Source: a virus
Length of the DNA stretch: 64,000 bases
Reading direction: 5' to 3' (one strand)
IMG/VR virus record: IMGVR_UViG_3300043409_001462
Location: 64,001 to 128,000 of that record
The translations under genes and the position numbers were made by a program. This document shows positions 21,378 through 31,949 of the stretch, in pieces (position 1 is the first letter of the stretch; each line of letters begins with the position of its first letter). The notes under the pieces were generated by a model. That model was not told where the DNA came from. It saw only the letters and a list, made by a program, of their open reading frames with translations, and did not search any database.

Positions 21378-21385
21378 TATAAATA
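21378..21385 (+). promoter_or_regulatory. T4-type late promoter TATAAATA (gp23)
   Basis: Exact consensus upstream of capsid gene. Confidence 0.8.
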
Positions 21386-21418
21386 CAAAATACAACACCT
21401 TAAGAAAGGGAGACAAAA

Positions 21419-22843
21419 ATGTATCTAGCTGAGGCAATTCAAAACAAGTGGGCACCTGTTCTCGATCATGACGCTCTTGGCGTTATCAAGGATCAGCACC
21501 GTCGCTCCGTAACAGCAGTAATGCTCGAAAACACAGAAAACGCCCTTCGTGAAGCTCATGCTCACACTGGCTATCAGACTCTTACTGAAGCAGGTATCGC
21601 ACCTTCTGCAGTTAACGCAATGGGTGGTTCTTCATCTACTGCTGGTACTGGTGGTATCGACACTTTCGATCCAGTACTTATTTCTCTAGTACGTCGTGCA
21701 ATGCCTAACCTTATTGCTTATGATATCTGCGGCGTTCAGCCAATGACTGGTCCAACTGGACTTATCTTCGCAATGCGTTCAATGTATGCTAACCAGCAGA
21801 CTAACTCAACAGGCTATGCTCTTAATCAGGGCGATGCTGTAACTCAGGAAACTTTCTATCAGGAAGTTAATACTGCGTTCTCTTCTGTTGTTGGTGGTGG
21901 TAACCAGCTTGGTAACAATAACGTTGGTAAGTTCCCAGGCGCAACTAACACTACACCACTTAGTGCACTAAGCCAGTATAACACTGCTGGTGGTATGGCT
22001 ACTACTGTTGCAGAAACTCTTGGTTCTAACAGTTCTGGCGCTTCTGACTTCGCTCAGATGGCATTCACAATTGAAAAGGTTACTGTAACTGCTAAGTCAC
22101 GTGCTCTTAAGGCAGAATACACTATGGAACTTGCTCAGGATCTTAAGGCAATCCATGGTCTAGACGCAGAAACTGAACTTTCAAACATCCTTTCAGCTGA
22201 AATTCTTGCTGAAATCAACCGTGAAGTTGTTCGTACTATCAACATCTCTGCTGTTGCTGGCGCTCAGGACAATACAACTACTGCTGGCGTATTCGATCTT
22301 GACACCGACTCAAACGGTCGTTGGTCAGTAGAAAAGTTCAAGGGTCTTATGTTCCAGCTTGAAAGAGAAGCTAACGCTATCGCCCGTCAGACTCGTCGTG
22401 GTAAGGGTAATATCGTACTTTGCTCTTCTGACGTCGCTTCTGCACTTCAGATGGCTGGTGTACTTGACTACACTCCAGCTCTTAACTCAAACAATCTTCA
22501 GGTAGATGACACTGGTAACACTTTCGCTGGTGTTCTTAACGGTCGTCTAAAGGTTTACATCGATCCATACGCAATCGGTGGTAACTACCTAACTGTTGGC
22601 TATAAGGGTTCGTCAGCATTCGACGCTGGTCTATTCTATTGCCCATACGTTCCTCTACAGATGGTTCGTGCAGTTGATCAGTCAAGCTTCCAGCCTAAGA
22701 TCGGCTTTAAGACTCGTTACGGCATGGTAGCAAATCCATTCGCTGAAATGAATACTTCTTATCAGGCTGTTAAGGGTCAGGGTCGTCTTGATATTTCCAA
22801 GAACATCTACTATCGTCGTATGATTGTTAACAACCTAATGTAA
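21419..22843 (+). CDS. gp23: Major capsid protein gp23
   Basis: KWAPVLD, LVRRAMPNLIAYDICGVQPMTGPTGLIFAMR, FYCPYVPL, FQPKIGFKTRYG. Confidence 0.98.
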   Translation: MYLAEAIQNKWAPVLDHDALGVIKDQHRRSVTAVMLENTENALREAHAHTGYQTLTEAGIAPSAVNAMGGSSSTAGTGGIDTFDPVLISLVRRAMPNLIAYDICGVQPMTGPTGLIFAMRSMYANQQTNSTGYALNQGDAVTQETFYQEVNTAFSSVVGGGNQLGNNNVGKFPGATNTTPLSALSQYNTAGGMATTVAETLGSNSSGASDFAQMAFTIEKVTVTAKSRALKAEYTMELAQDLKAIHGLDAETELSNILSAEILAEINREVVRTINISAVAGAQDNTTTAGVFDLDTDSNGRWSVEKFKGLMFQLEREANAIARQTRRGKGNIVLCSSDVASALQMAGVLDYTPALNSNNLQVDDTGNTFAGVLNGRLKVYIDPYAIGGNYLTVGYKGSSAFDAGLFYCPYVPLQMVRAVDQSSFQPKIGFKTRYGMVANPFAEMNTSYQAVKGQGRLDISKNIYYRRMIVNNLM

Positions 22844-22901
22844 TTGAAACCTCGCTGATTCAAAGGCGAGGCAATACAAGACGGTTTCAAGCCGCAAACT
22901 T

Positions 22902-22927
22902 AAGGGGATCTTCGGGTCCCCTTTTTT
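22902..22927 (+). terminator. Intrinsic terminator after gp23
   Basis: AAGGGGATC-TTCG-GGTCCCCTT followed by T run. Confidence 0.9.
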
Positions 22928-22928
22928 A

Positions 22929-22957
22929 TTGACTTTTTTTCATTTTACCAGTATAAT
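22929..22957 (+). promoter_or_regulatory. Sigma70-type promoter
   Basis: TTGACT-17-TATAAT. Confidence 0.65.
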
Positions 22958-23007
22958 CATATATGACAGGATGATATGATAAATAGTATTAGCTCTAGGA
23001 GGTACTG

Positions 23008-23529
23008 ATGACAGCTGTTGATAATACACCATCGAATAAGAATTTTCTAAGTCCGCTCAATTTTGTATTCCAAATCAAGCGTTCTCCTCATTTAAACTTC
23101 TTTGTTCAAGAAGCAAATTTACCTGGTATATCTGTAAATTTTCCAACACAACAAAATCCATTCGTACGTATTCCTATCTCTGGCGACCATGTTGATTTTG
23201 GTAATCTTAGAGTTACATTTAAAGTAGATGAAGAATTACAGAACTGGTTCGAAATACATAACTGGATTAGAGCTCTTGGATTTCCATTTGAATTCGAAGA
23301 ATACAGAACTCTTAAAACTGCACCAACTCAAACTGGCGACGGAATAACTTCTGATATAACACTAGTATTATTAAATCAAATTAAAAAACCTATTTTCGAA
23401 ATTTCATTTCGAGATGCATTTCCTATCTCTTTATCTGAAATGTCATTTAATACTACAGATGAATCAGTAGATTACATAAGCGCTACTGCAGAATTTAGAT
23501 ATGTACTTTACGATGTTGTAAAATTATAG
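23008..23529 (+). CDS. gp3: Tail completion protein gp3
   Basis: NFLSP..F, FKVDEELQNW.EIHNW, DAFPISLS motifs; synteny. Confidence 0.85.
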   Translation: MTAVDNTPSNKNFLSPLNFVFQIKRSPHLNFFVQEANLPGISVNFPTQQNPFVRIPISGDHVDFGNLRVTFKVDEELQNWFEIHNWIRALGFPFEFEEYRTLKTAPTQTGDGITSDITLVLLNQIKKPIFEISFRDAFPISLSEMSFNTTDESVDYISATAEFRYVLYDVVKL

Positions 23530-23577
23530 TATACTTTTGATCCTAACTACGCTATAATATGTTTAAAGTGAGGGATT

Positions 23578-24012
23578 ATGAAGTTAGAAGAAATTTACAC
23601 ACAGTGGGACGTAGATAGTGATATCGATACTACAGATCTCGGTAACGAGAGTATCAAGATACCTAAATTACATAACAAATATTATAGGCTATATACTAGT
23701 GAAAAGCTACTGCTACGTAAATATGAAGCAGAAATGAAATCACTTAAGCTTGCTAAGTATGAATTTTATACGCAGGGACCATCGAGCGAAACGAAAGAGC
23801 TTGGTTGGGAAATGCCAGCTAGAGGTATGATTTTAAAGCAAGAAATGCCTATGTATATGGAAGGAGACAAGGAAATTATTGCTTTGTCTTTAAAAATTGG
23901 ATTACAGCAAGAAAAAGTAGAGCTATTAGAGTCTATTATTAAAAGTCTGGTCAACAGAGGATTTCAAATTAAATCGGCAATTGATTGGCATAAATTTACT
24001 ATGGGAGCATAA
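23578..24012 (+). CDS. uvsY: Recombination mediator UvsY
   Basis: IPKLHNKY, RGFQIKSAIDW motifs; precedes uvsW. Confidence 0.9.
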   Translation: MKLEEIYTQWDVDSDIDTTDLGNESIKIPKLHNKYYRLYTSEKLLLRKYEAEMKSLKLAKYEFYTQGPSSETKELGWEMPARGMILKQEMPMYMEGDKEIIALSLKIGLQQEKVELLESIIKSLVNRGFQIKSAIDWHKFTMGA

Positions 24013-25463
24013 TGGATATAATTGAGATCGAGCGTTTCGACGAGACGTATAATAAAATAACATGTGATCCTGGTATTGGTTTTGAACTGAGTGAATATTT
24101 CACCTTCGAAGTACCAGGCGCTAAGTTTATGCCATCTGTACGTAACAAAGTATGGGATGGTAAAATACGTCTCTATAATGTCATGTCTTGTCTACTATAC
24201 GCTGGTCTCAATAAATATGTAGAAGAGTTTGCTAGTAAACGAAACTACCAAGTAATATACAAGTCGGATTTCTCAGCCGATGAATTTTCAGTTAAAGAAG
24301 CATTCGAGTTTTTAGAAACTATTAAACTACCATCAAAATATCAACCCAGAGACTATCAAATAAAGGCTTTTGTTCATGCTATACGTAATCGTAGATCTTT
24401 ACTTCTCTCGCCCACTGCCTCAGGTAAATCGTTTATCATCTACCTAATAACGAGGTACTATCATGCACGCACTCTTATTATTGTTCCAACTACTTCTTTG
24501 GTTAGTCAACTTGCCTCTGACTTTGATGACTATGGCTTTGTATCCGATAGGTTCGTTCATAGAATCTTTGCTGGACAAGATAAACAAACAGATAAACCAG
24601 TTACCATCTCAACCTGGCAGTCTATATACAAGATGCCTAAAAAATATTTCGAACAATTTGATGTGGTCATAGGTGACGAAGCACACTTATTTAAAGCGAA
24701 GAGTCTTACTAGCATTATGTCTAAGCTTAGTAATTGTCGATATCGCTTTGGATTCACAGGTACTCTCGACGGCACTCAAACTAATCAGCTTGTTCTCGAA
24801 GGTTTGTTTGGTCCTGTTAGAAAAGTTACAACCACTGCTGAATTAATTGATCAAAAACACTTGACTAAATTTGAAATTAAAGCTATAATACTTAAGTATC
24901 CTGATGAAATACGTAAACAAGTATCCAAGTTTGATTATCAAGCAGAGCTAGATTATCTAGTACGTAACGATGCAAGAAATAAATTTATTATGAACCTGAC
25001 GCTATCGCTGTCGGGTAATACTCTATTGTTATTCCAGTTCGTTGAGAAGCATGGCAAAGTATTGTATGATATGATAAAGGATTGTGGACGTGAAGTATAT
25101 TTTGTTCATGGCGGTGTTGATGGCGAGGATCGAGAACAGATTCGTAAATTTTTGGAAACGCAACAAAACGCTATTATCATCGCTAGCGTGGGAACTTTCT
25201 CCACAGGTGTCAACATTCCTAGTTTGCGTAACATTATATCTGCTAGTCCTTCAAAATCCAAGATTCGAAATTTACAATCAATTGGTCGTGTATTACGCAA
25301 ATCAAGTGGTAAAGATGGCGCAACTCTTTATGACATCGCTGATGACTTAACTTGGAAAGATAGAAAAAACTTTACGATACTTCATTTTATGACACGTGTT
25401 GCGATATATAACGAGGAAAAGTTTGATTATAAAATTTATCCTGTAAATTTAAAGGGCGCATAA
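24012..25463 (+). CDS. uvsW: SF2 helicase UvsW
   Basis: WDGKIRL, PTASGKS, DEAH, QSIGRVLR motifs. Confidence 0.95.
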   Translation: MDIIEIERFDETYNKITCDPGIGFELSEYFTFEVPGAKFMPSVRNKVWDGKIRLYNVMSCLLYAGLNKYVEEFASKRNYQVIYKSDFSADEFSVKEAFEFLETIKLPSKYQPRDYQIKAFVHAIRNRRSLLLSPTASGKSFIIYLITRYYHARTLIIVPTTSLVSQLASDFDDYGFVSDRFVHRIFAGQDKQTDKPVTISTWQSIYKMPKKYFEQFDVVIGDEAHLFKAKSLTSIMSKLSNCRYRFGFTGTLDGTQTNQLVLEGLFGPVRKVTTTAELIDQKHLTKFEIKAIILKYPDEIRKQVSKFDYQAELDYLVRNDARNKFIMNLTLSLSGNTLLLFQFVEKHGKVLYDMIKDCGREVYFVHGGVDGEDREQIRKFLETQQNAIIIASVGTFSTGVNIPSLRNIISASPSKSKIRNLQSIGRVLRKSSGKDGATLYDIADDLTWKDRKNFTILHFMTRVAIYNEEKFDYKIYPVNLKGA

Positions 25464-26026
25464 TGGTAAAAGTCAAAAGAAATTATGTTAATAATAAAAC
25501 ATTATACGAAGAAATGATTAAGTATAAAGACAAGCTTAAATTTGCCGAAGAAATGGGTAAAGTTCCCCCTTCTGTTCCTAATTATGTTGGGCAATGTTTC
25601 CTTCAAATATGTAATAGGCTTTCTACCAAGCCTAATTTTATGAATTATTCATATAGAGATGAGATGGTCGCCGACGCAATTGAAAACTGTGTATCGGCTG
25701 CTCATAGTTTTGATCCTGAGAAATCATCTAACCCATTTGCATATTTTACTCAAATAGCCTGGAATGCTTTTATACGTAGGATAAATAAAGAAAAAAAACA
25801 AGCGTATATCAAACATAAAAATTTCGAAAACTCTGGTATTATGGATGAGCTATATGATCAATCAGAAGGTGGGTTTAGCGTTCAAGTAAAACATAATGAA
25901 TACTCTGATGATATCATTAGAAATTTCGAAAGCAAGTTGATTAAAACCACAAAAAAGGCTAAAATAGGATTAGAGAAATTTGTAGAGGAAGAAAAAAATG
26001 AAGAACTTACACCTAGTACCAGTTAA
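25463..26026 (+). CDS. gp55: Late sigma factor gp55
   Basis: YVNNK, PNFMNYSYRDEM..DAIENC, NPFAYFTQI motifs. Confidence 0.95.
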   Translation: MVKVKRNYVNNKTLYEEMIKYKDKLKFAEEMGKVPPSVPNYVGQCFLQICNRLSTKPNFMNYSYRDEMVADAIENCVSAAHSFDPEKSSNPFAYFTQIAWNAFIRRINKEKKQAYIKHKNFENSGIMDELYDQSEGGFSVQVKHNEYSDDIIRNFESKLIKTTKKAKIGLEKFVEEEKNEELTPSTS

Positions 26027-26180
26027 TATTTTAGATCTGGTCGAAAAGATTAATGATAAAACTATCAGAGAAAACGAAAAGAACAATTATGTTCTTCGCC
26101 TAGAAGCAACTTCGGCTTATATCTCAGAAGCTTTGAATAAGAACACTATGAATTTTTCAAGGAAGAAAATTGCTAGATGA
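25998..26180 (+). CDS. Hypothetical protein
   Basis: 60-aa ORF overlapping gp55 end and gp47 start. Confidence 0.5.
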   Translation: MKNLHLVPVNILDLVEKINDKTIRENEKNNYVLRLEATSAYISEALNKNTMNFSRKKIAR

Positions 26181-27241
26181 AGATAGCACTGATCACTGAT
26201 ACTCATTGGGGTGTACGCAATGATAATATTGCTTTCATGGATAACAGTAAAAAGTTTCTTGATGAAGTATTTTTTCCATATTTGGACAATAACAATGTCC
26301 TTACTGTTTGTCATCTTGGTGATCTTGTAGACCGTCGCAAATATATTAATATGCAAACTGCTACGCGACTTCGAATTGACTTCCTCGATAAGCTTGCAAA
26401 TCGTGGATTGGATGTTCATATGATTGCTGGTAATCATGATACATATTTTAAAAACACCAATCGTATTAATGCGCTTCATGAACTTGTTGTTGGAAAATAT
26501 AATTTTACTATTCACGATCAGCTTCCTCGCGAAGTAGAATTCGACAACACGATTGTTTTAATGCTACCTTGGATATGTGATGAAAATAGAGAAGTTTGCC
26601 TACACAAAATCAAAACTACGCCAGCTCAAATCGTTATGGGACACCTCGAACTTGCGGGATTTGAGATGCACAGGGGATCTATCGTCTCTCATGGAGATGA
26701 TCGTTCTATCTTTGATCGCTTTGATATGGTTCTTAGTGGTCATTATCATCATCGTTCCTCTGATGGCACTATACATTATTTGGGTAGTCACGCTGAGTTT
26801 ACTTGGAGCGATTATGATGATCGTAAGGGCTTTCACATCCTGGATACAGAAACCAGGGACTTGACTTTTATCGAAAATACATATACAATGTTTGATAAGT
26901 TCTGGTATGATGATACATCTATCCTTACTCCATCAGAGGGTTGGGACATGAGACATTATGCAGGTAAAATAGTTAAAGTTATTGTCAAGAATAAAACTGA
27001 TCCATATATGTTTGATAGATGCATTGAAGCTTTCGAAAAAGCTGGAGTGTTAGAAATGCAAATCGTAGAAGATCATCTTAACCTTTCAACAGAGGTTGAT
27101 GAAGATATTGTGAACGAAGCTGAGTCTACCATCGATATTTTTAAGAAATATATAGATCAGGTTAACTCTGCTAACCTCGACAAGAACAAACTTGAAAAAA
27201 CAATTGTTGAACTTTATAATGAGGCTCTTGCTATAGAATGA
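26177..27241 (+). CDS. gp47: Recombination nuclease gp47 (Mre11/SbcD-like)
   Basis: DTHWG, GDLVD, GNHD, SGHYH metallophosphoesterase motifs. Confidence 0.95.
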   Translation: MKIALITDTHWGVRNDNIAFMDNSKKFLDEVFFPYLDNNNVLTVCHLGDLVDRRKYINMQTATRLRIDFLDKLANRGLDVHMIAGNHDTYFKNTNRINALHELVVGKYNFTIHDQLPREVEFDNTIVLMLPWICDENREVCLHKIKTTPAQIVMGHLELAGFEMHRGSIVSHGDDRSIFDRFDMVLSGHYHHRSSDGTIHYLGSHAEFTWSDYDDRKGFHILDTETRDLTFIENTYTMFDKFWYDDTSILTPSEGWDMRHYAGKIVKVIVKNKTDPYMFDRCIEAFEKAGVLEMQIVEDHLNLSTEVDEDIVNEAESTIDIFKKYIDQVNSANLDKNKLEKTIVELYNEALAIE

Positions 27242-28944
27242 TATTTTTCAAAACATTGCGATGGAAAAATCTACTCTCAACAGGTAATATTTTTACTGAG
27301 ATCGATCTATCTAAATCAAACAATACATTGATTGTCGGTGAGAATGGGGCTGGGAAGTCTACTATTCTCGATGCATTATCATTTGCATTGTTTGGTAAAT
27401 CATTCCGTAAGATCAACAAACCACAGCTGGTTAACACTATCACGAAGAAAGAACTAATTGTTGAAATTGAGTTTAGTATCTCAAGCAATCAGTATAAGAT
27501 TGTCCGTGGTATAAAGCCAACGGTGTTTGAAGTATATCAGAACGGTATTCTATTAAATCAGTCTGCTGAGATGAAAGATTATCAAGAAATTCTTGAGAAG
27601 CAAATTCTTAAGCTGAATATGAAATCTTTCTGTCAGGTTGTTGTTCTTGGTTCGGCTACGTTTCAACCTTTTATGCAACTTCCTGGCGGTCAGCGTAGGG
27701 AAATTATCGAAGACCTACTTGATCTTCAAATATTTACTACGATGAACTCTTTGCTTAAAGATAAAGTTCAAACGAACAACGAAGTACTTACTGATATTAA
27801 TGCTGATCAAAAAGTTGTTATGGAAAAAATTAAGATCATTAAGGAACACCTATCAGAAAAACAGAACAATAATGAAAAGCTTGTTGCTGAAAAAGTGTCG
27901 GTTATTGATGATACTAATAATAAGATAGAAAAGCTAAACCAACAATATTGGGGATGTGTTTCTGACGTTCAATGTATGAAAGAAAGTATGTCAGAAGAGA
28001 AGTCGATAGCTAAACACCTACAGAAAGTAAATGAATTTAAGCATAAGATAGAAGCTTCCGTTGCTATCCTCAGAAAAGATATTAAATTTTTTGACAATCA
28101 TAAAGATTGCCCTACTTGTAAACAAACAATCGACGAAGAATTTCGTACCAATATTATTTCTGAAAAAAAAGTAGAGCTCGATAGTTCTAGTTCAAAACTT
28201 GATCTACTAGCAAAAGAGTATGACAAAGCTAATGCTAAGATAAATGAGTTGATTGAAATTCAGGCTAACATTAACACAAAGCAAATGGAACAGTTTAAAA
28301 TCAAGAGCAATATTGATTCTTTGATTAAGTATCGTGACCAACTTGAAAAAGAAATTAATCAGATCAATCAGGTTTATGAAGCTGATGAAGAAGACAAAAT
28401 GTCAGAGTTAGAAACTGAATTAAATAATGTTGCAGTTCGATATAATAATGCAATGGATCAAAAACAGATATACACAGCAGCTGCTATGTTATTGAAAGAC
28501 GGTGGTATTAAAGCAAGGATTATTAAGCAGTATGTTCCTGTTATTAATAAGTTTATCAATAAGTATCTTTCAGCTATGGATTTCTTTGTGCAGTTCGAGC
28601 TTGACGAAGAATTTAATGAGACAATCAAGTCGCGCAACAGAGACGAGTTCTCTTACGCCTCATTTTCTGAGGGTGAAAAGATGAGAATTAATCTTGCTGT
28701 GTTGTTTACATGGCGTGCTGTGGCTAAGTTGCGTAATTCTGTCTCTACTAACCTTCTTATTATGGATGAAGTTTTCGATAGCTCTCTAGACTCTAATGGT
28801 ACGGAAGAGTTCCTAAAGATACTAAATAATCTGACATCTGACACTAATACATTTATTATTAGTCATAAGACAGATCAGCTCTATGATAAATTTACTAACG
28901 TAATCAAATTTGAGAAGTATAAAAACTTCAGTAAGGTTGCATAA
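27238..28944 (+). CDS. gp46: Recombination ATPase gp46 (Rad50/SbcC-like)
   Basis: GENGAGKS, CPTC zinc hook, FSEGEK signature, MDEVFD. Confidence 0.96.
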   Translation: MIFFKTLRWKNLLSTGNIFTEIDLSKSNNTLIVGENGAGKSTILDALSFALFGKSFRKINKPQLVNTITKKELIVEIEFSISSNQYKIVRGIKPTVFEVYQNGILLNQSAEMKDYQEILEKQILKLNMKSFCQVVVLGSATFQPFMQLPGGQRREIIEDLLDLQIFTTMNSLLKDKVQTNNEVLTDINADQKVVMEKIKIIKEHLSEKQNNNEKLVAEKVSVIDDTNNKIEKLNQQYWGCVSDVQCMKESMSEEKSIAKHLQKVNEFKHKIEASVAILRKDIKFFDNHKDCPTCKQTIDEEFRTNIISEKKVELDSSSSKLDLLAKEYDKANAKINELIEIQANINTKQMEQFKIKSNIDSLIKYRDQLEKEINQINQVYEADEEDKMSELETELNNVAVRYNNAMDQKQIYTAAAMLLKDGGIKARIIKQYVPVINKFINKYLSAMDFFVQFELDEEFNETIKSRNRDEFSYASFSEGEKMRINLAVLFTWRAVAKLRNSVSTNLLIMDEVFDSSLDSNGTEEFLKILNNLTSDTNTFIISHKTDQLYDKFTNVIKFEKYKNFSKVA

Positions 28945-29978
28945 TGGGATTACTACTGTACACTAAGCCATTTGATAATGAAACTTTAGATCTGATGCCA
29001 TGGTGTCCTAGGAAGTACCCTTATACACAGTCAGTAAATAGAGTTATGCAAGGTATTGATCCTTTCAATGTTACTCTTGGTTGTGAAACTATATATGAGA
29101 TAACCCAGCTACCATCAACTAATAAAACATACGAAGATATGGCAGTGGCAAGAGCTGAACAATTAAAGCAACTAGAAGGCGATATTTACCTCATGTACTC
29201 TGGTGGTGTTGATAGTACAACAGCTCTAGTTGCATTTTTAATTTCTTGGTCTAAAGAAGAATTACAACGTGTTCATATTTTAGCTTCTTCTCAAAGCGTT
29301 TCAGAGTTCCCAGAAATGTGGGATTTAGTTGTTGAAAATTTCAAAGGTAGAATAACTACATCTTATACTCATATGGAAAAAGCTTGTGAAAAAGGATATG
29401 TAATTACTGGGGAGCATGGAGATCAAATATTCGGTAGTGATGTTATTAAAAAAATAGTAAAGTACCGAAATGAAGATGCTCTTCATTCTAGCTGGGAAGA
29501 AAATATGCCTTTGGTTTACCAAAATTTATTTGGAAAAACTGTAAGTAAGAAATTTATTGATGTACATAGAGAAACTTTAGTAGCTTGTCCATTTCCTATA
29601 AAAACTTGTTTCGATTGGGTGTGGTGGTTTAATTTTACCAATAAATGGCAGCATGTTAAATATAGGCTTTTATCTTATAAAGATTGGAAAGATCCAAAAA
29701 ATAATTTTCCAAAAATACATCATTTTTTCGATACACCAGATTGGCAACGTTGGAGTTTAGATAATCATGACAAGAAAATCGAAAAATCTTTAACTTCGTA
29801 TAAATTTACAGCCAAAGAATTTATTGTCAAACATACTAATTTTACTGATTATTTGTCTAAAGAAAAAAAAGGAAGTTTGAGAATCCTTTGGTCTAATAAA
29901 GGATTTTATGAAGCTATCGACGACAATTTAAATTATATTGATAGTGTGAAAGCTATGGAGTTTATAAATGGAAAATGA
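28944..29978 (+). CDS. PP-loop (asparagine synthase C-terminal-like) adenylating enzyme, paralogue 1
   Basis: YSGGVDS PP-loop and TGEHGDQIFG motif; no glutaminase domain. Confidence 0.7.
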   Translation: MGLLLYTKPFDNETLDLMPWCPRKYPYTQSVNRVMQGIDPFNVTLGCETIYEITQLPSTNKTYEDMAVARAEQLKQLEGDIYLMYSGGVDSTTALVAFLISWSKEELQRVHILASSQSVSEFPEMWDLVVENFKGRITTSYTHMEKACEKGYVITGEHGDQIFGSDVIKKIVKYRNEDALHSSWEENMPLVYQNLFGKTVSKKFIDVHRETLVACPFPIKTCFDWVWWFNFTNKWQHVKYRLLSYKDWKDPKNNFPKIHHFFDTPDWQRWSLDNHDKKIEKSLTSYKFTAKEFIVKHTNFTDYLSKEKKGSLRILWSNKGFYEAIDDNLNYIDSVKAMEFINGK

Positions 29979-30585
29979 TAATATATTTGATGCTGATTAT
30001 TACATCTATGTGTTTCACAATAGAATTGTAAGAGTAGTGAAATCAAGAACTGCATATTACACCGTTAGATTATCAAACGTTAGTTCTTATGTAACTAGTA
30101 CTATTCCAGCTGGTGTTACAATTAAAGAACTTTTGTATAAGTATAATTTTTCTATCGGAGATAAAAAAGGATTTCATATACCAGATGAATCTGAGTTGAA
30201 CGATGTACAGTTAAATAGAATGAAACGTGTGACAGAAAAAATTATTCTACTGGAAAAATTTGAAAAAACTTCAGATATGTTAAAAAAAACTGTTATTAAA
30301 AAAACAGCAGATGAAGACATTTTCAATAGAATATTGATGAGAGAAATTGAAGATTATGAAAATGAAAAGATAGTTGGATCATTACTAGAAGCAGAATATA
30401 AATGTTCTAAATTTAGCACATACAATTCATTGATTGAATCTATACATTTAAAATATAGTGATGCTTCAGAATTGTTCGCGTTTCTAAGATATAAAGCTTT
30501 TGAATTTAGAAAATTGTTAGAAGAAAATAAATTACAAGAAGCTTATGAAATTAACATTTTGATGAACCAAAAACTTGGGATGTAA
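29968..30585 (+). CDS. Hypothetical protein
   Basis: 205-aa ORF with GGAG RBS overlapping the PP-loop gene end. Confidence 0.6.
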   Translation: MENDNIFDADYYIYVFHNRIVRVVKSRTAYYTVRLSNVSSYVTSTIPAGVTIKELLYKYNFSIGDKKGFHIPDESELNDVQLNRMKRVTEKIILLEKFEKTSDMLKKTVIKKTADEDIFNRILMREIEDYENEKIVGSLLEAEYKCSKFSTYNSLIESIHLKYSDASELFAFLRYKAFEFRKLLEENKLQEAYEINILMNQKLGM

Positions 30586-30587
30586 AT

Positions 30588-31259
30588 ATGATTGTTTTTC
30601 CTGGAACAAATAGAAGCGTCGATATTATCGACATGCGCGATACGATGTATCCAACATATGCTGTGATGGCAAGAACTACGCATTATGTTGATGCACTTGA
30701 AATTGGATGGGCGACGATGTTCGGCTTTTCATTTGGAAATAGTACTTTACTTATTGGTAAAAAAGAGTATAATATAAAGAGTAACCAATATTTTTCTATT
30801 CCAGTTAGAAATGAAGATGTAACAATCAATCCAACAGACGATTTGTTTGCTGTATTTCGTTTAGGTTTTATTGGTCATGATTTGGTAGGAACACAAGATG
30901 TAACGAAAACTGGTAAGCTTTCTTATATCGACGGTTGTTCTGATTCATTAATGGTTTATCCTCCACGTCTTGGCGACCCAACGTTGAATTATTTGTTTTT
31001 CCCAACAAATATCAATCAATCGTTCCATACACATCCTAGCCTCAGAATTGGTTGTGTTATTGCTGGTGAGGGTATTTCTGAAACAGATCATGAAGTTCCA
31101 TTAACGACTGGTACTTTCTTTTGTCTTGAGGAACACGAGCTGCATCGTTTTAAAACTAAAGATAAAAGTATGAGAGTTATTGCTTATCACCCAGATGGTG
31201 ACTGGGGTCCAACTGATGAAAATCACACTATGTTGAACAGGACTTATATCAAGAAATGA
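30588..31259 (+). CDS. Cupin-domain protein
   Basis: HTHPS..G.V..GEG and later H.F cupin metal motifs. Confidence 0.7.
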   Translation: MIVFPGTNRSVDIIDMRDTMYPTYAVMARTTHYVDALEIGWATMFGFSFGNSTLLIGKKEYNIKSNQYFSIPVRNEDVTINPTDDLFAVFRLGFIGHDLVGTQDVTKTGKLSYIDGCSDSLMVYPPRLGDPTLNYLFFPTNINQSFHTHPSLRIGCVIAGEGISETDHEVPLTTGTFFCLEEHELHRFKTKDKSMRVIAYHPDGDWGPTDENHTMLNRTYIKK

Positions 31260-31492
31260 TAGTACAACTAGAACTTAATCCTGAAACGAATGAATTAATT
31301 CTACCGCTCCCAGATGATATCTGCGCTCAACTTGGATGGATTGTTGGAACAGAATTAAACTGGATTGATAATGAAGATGGCACGTATAGCCTAAAGGAAA
31401 AGAAAAATGGAACTAGTGAAGAGCAACGATCCGATACTGACGACTCCGTGTCAACAGTTCAACTTTCAGGAACCACCGTTCGACCCGATTGA
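31256..31492 (+). CDS. AbrB/MazE-like small protein
   Basis: LILPLPDDICAQLGW..G..L.W pattern. Confidence 0.5.
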   Translation: MIVQLELNPETNELILPLPDDICAQLGWIVGTELNWIDNEDGTYSLKEKKNGTSEEQRSDTDDSVSTVQLSGTTVRPD

Positions 31493-31949
31493 ATTTTCTA
31501 AAGAACTTATTAAGTTTATGTATGAAAAAAATGGTATTGGTTTGGCTGCGAATCAGGTTGGCGTTCCGTATCGTATTTTTGCTATGCGTGGCCAGCCTCA
31601 AAATTTTGTTTGCTTCAACCCTAAAATCGTACAACCTTCAGAAGAAGAGATAACTCTTGAAGAAGGATGCTTGACTTTTCCTGGATTGGTCGTTAAGGTA
31701 AAAAGACATCGTCATATCCGTGTACGTTTTACTACTCCAAACGGAGACACCAGAACAGAAACGTTTACAGGTATGTCAGCAAGAGTTTTTCAACATGAAC
31801 TAGATCATCTTGAAGGAAAGCTTTACTTTAATCGCGCTTCAAGGTATCATAAAGAATTGGCAATGAAGAAGTGGAAACGAGGAGAGTTTTCCACAATAAA
31901 TGTTAATCCTCTTGGAGAATATTATGAACATCTTTTACCTAGATCATAA
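31407..31949 (+). CDS. def: Peptide deformylase
   Basis: GIGLAANQVG, EGCLT, QHELDHL motifs. Confidence 0.93.
   Translation: MELVKSNDPILTTPCQQFNFQEPPFDPIEFSKELIKFMYEKNGIGLAANQVGVPYRIFAMRGQPQNFVCFNPKIVQPSEEEITLEEGCLTFPGLVVKVKRHRHIRVRFTTPNGDTRTETFTGMSARVFQHELDHLEGKLYFNRASRYHKELAMKKWKRGEFSTINVNPLGEYYEHLLPRS

Noticed and set aside
11593-28944. Introns, inteins or stop-codon recoding in core genes
   Set aside because: gp17, gp18, gp20, gp23, UvsW, gp46 and gp47 are uninterrupted, of normal length under the standard code, and no suppressor tRNA is present
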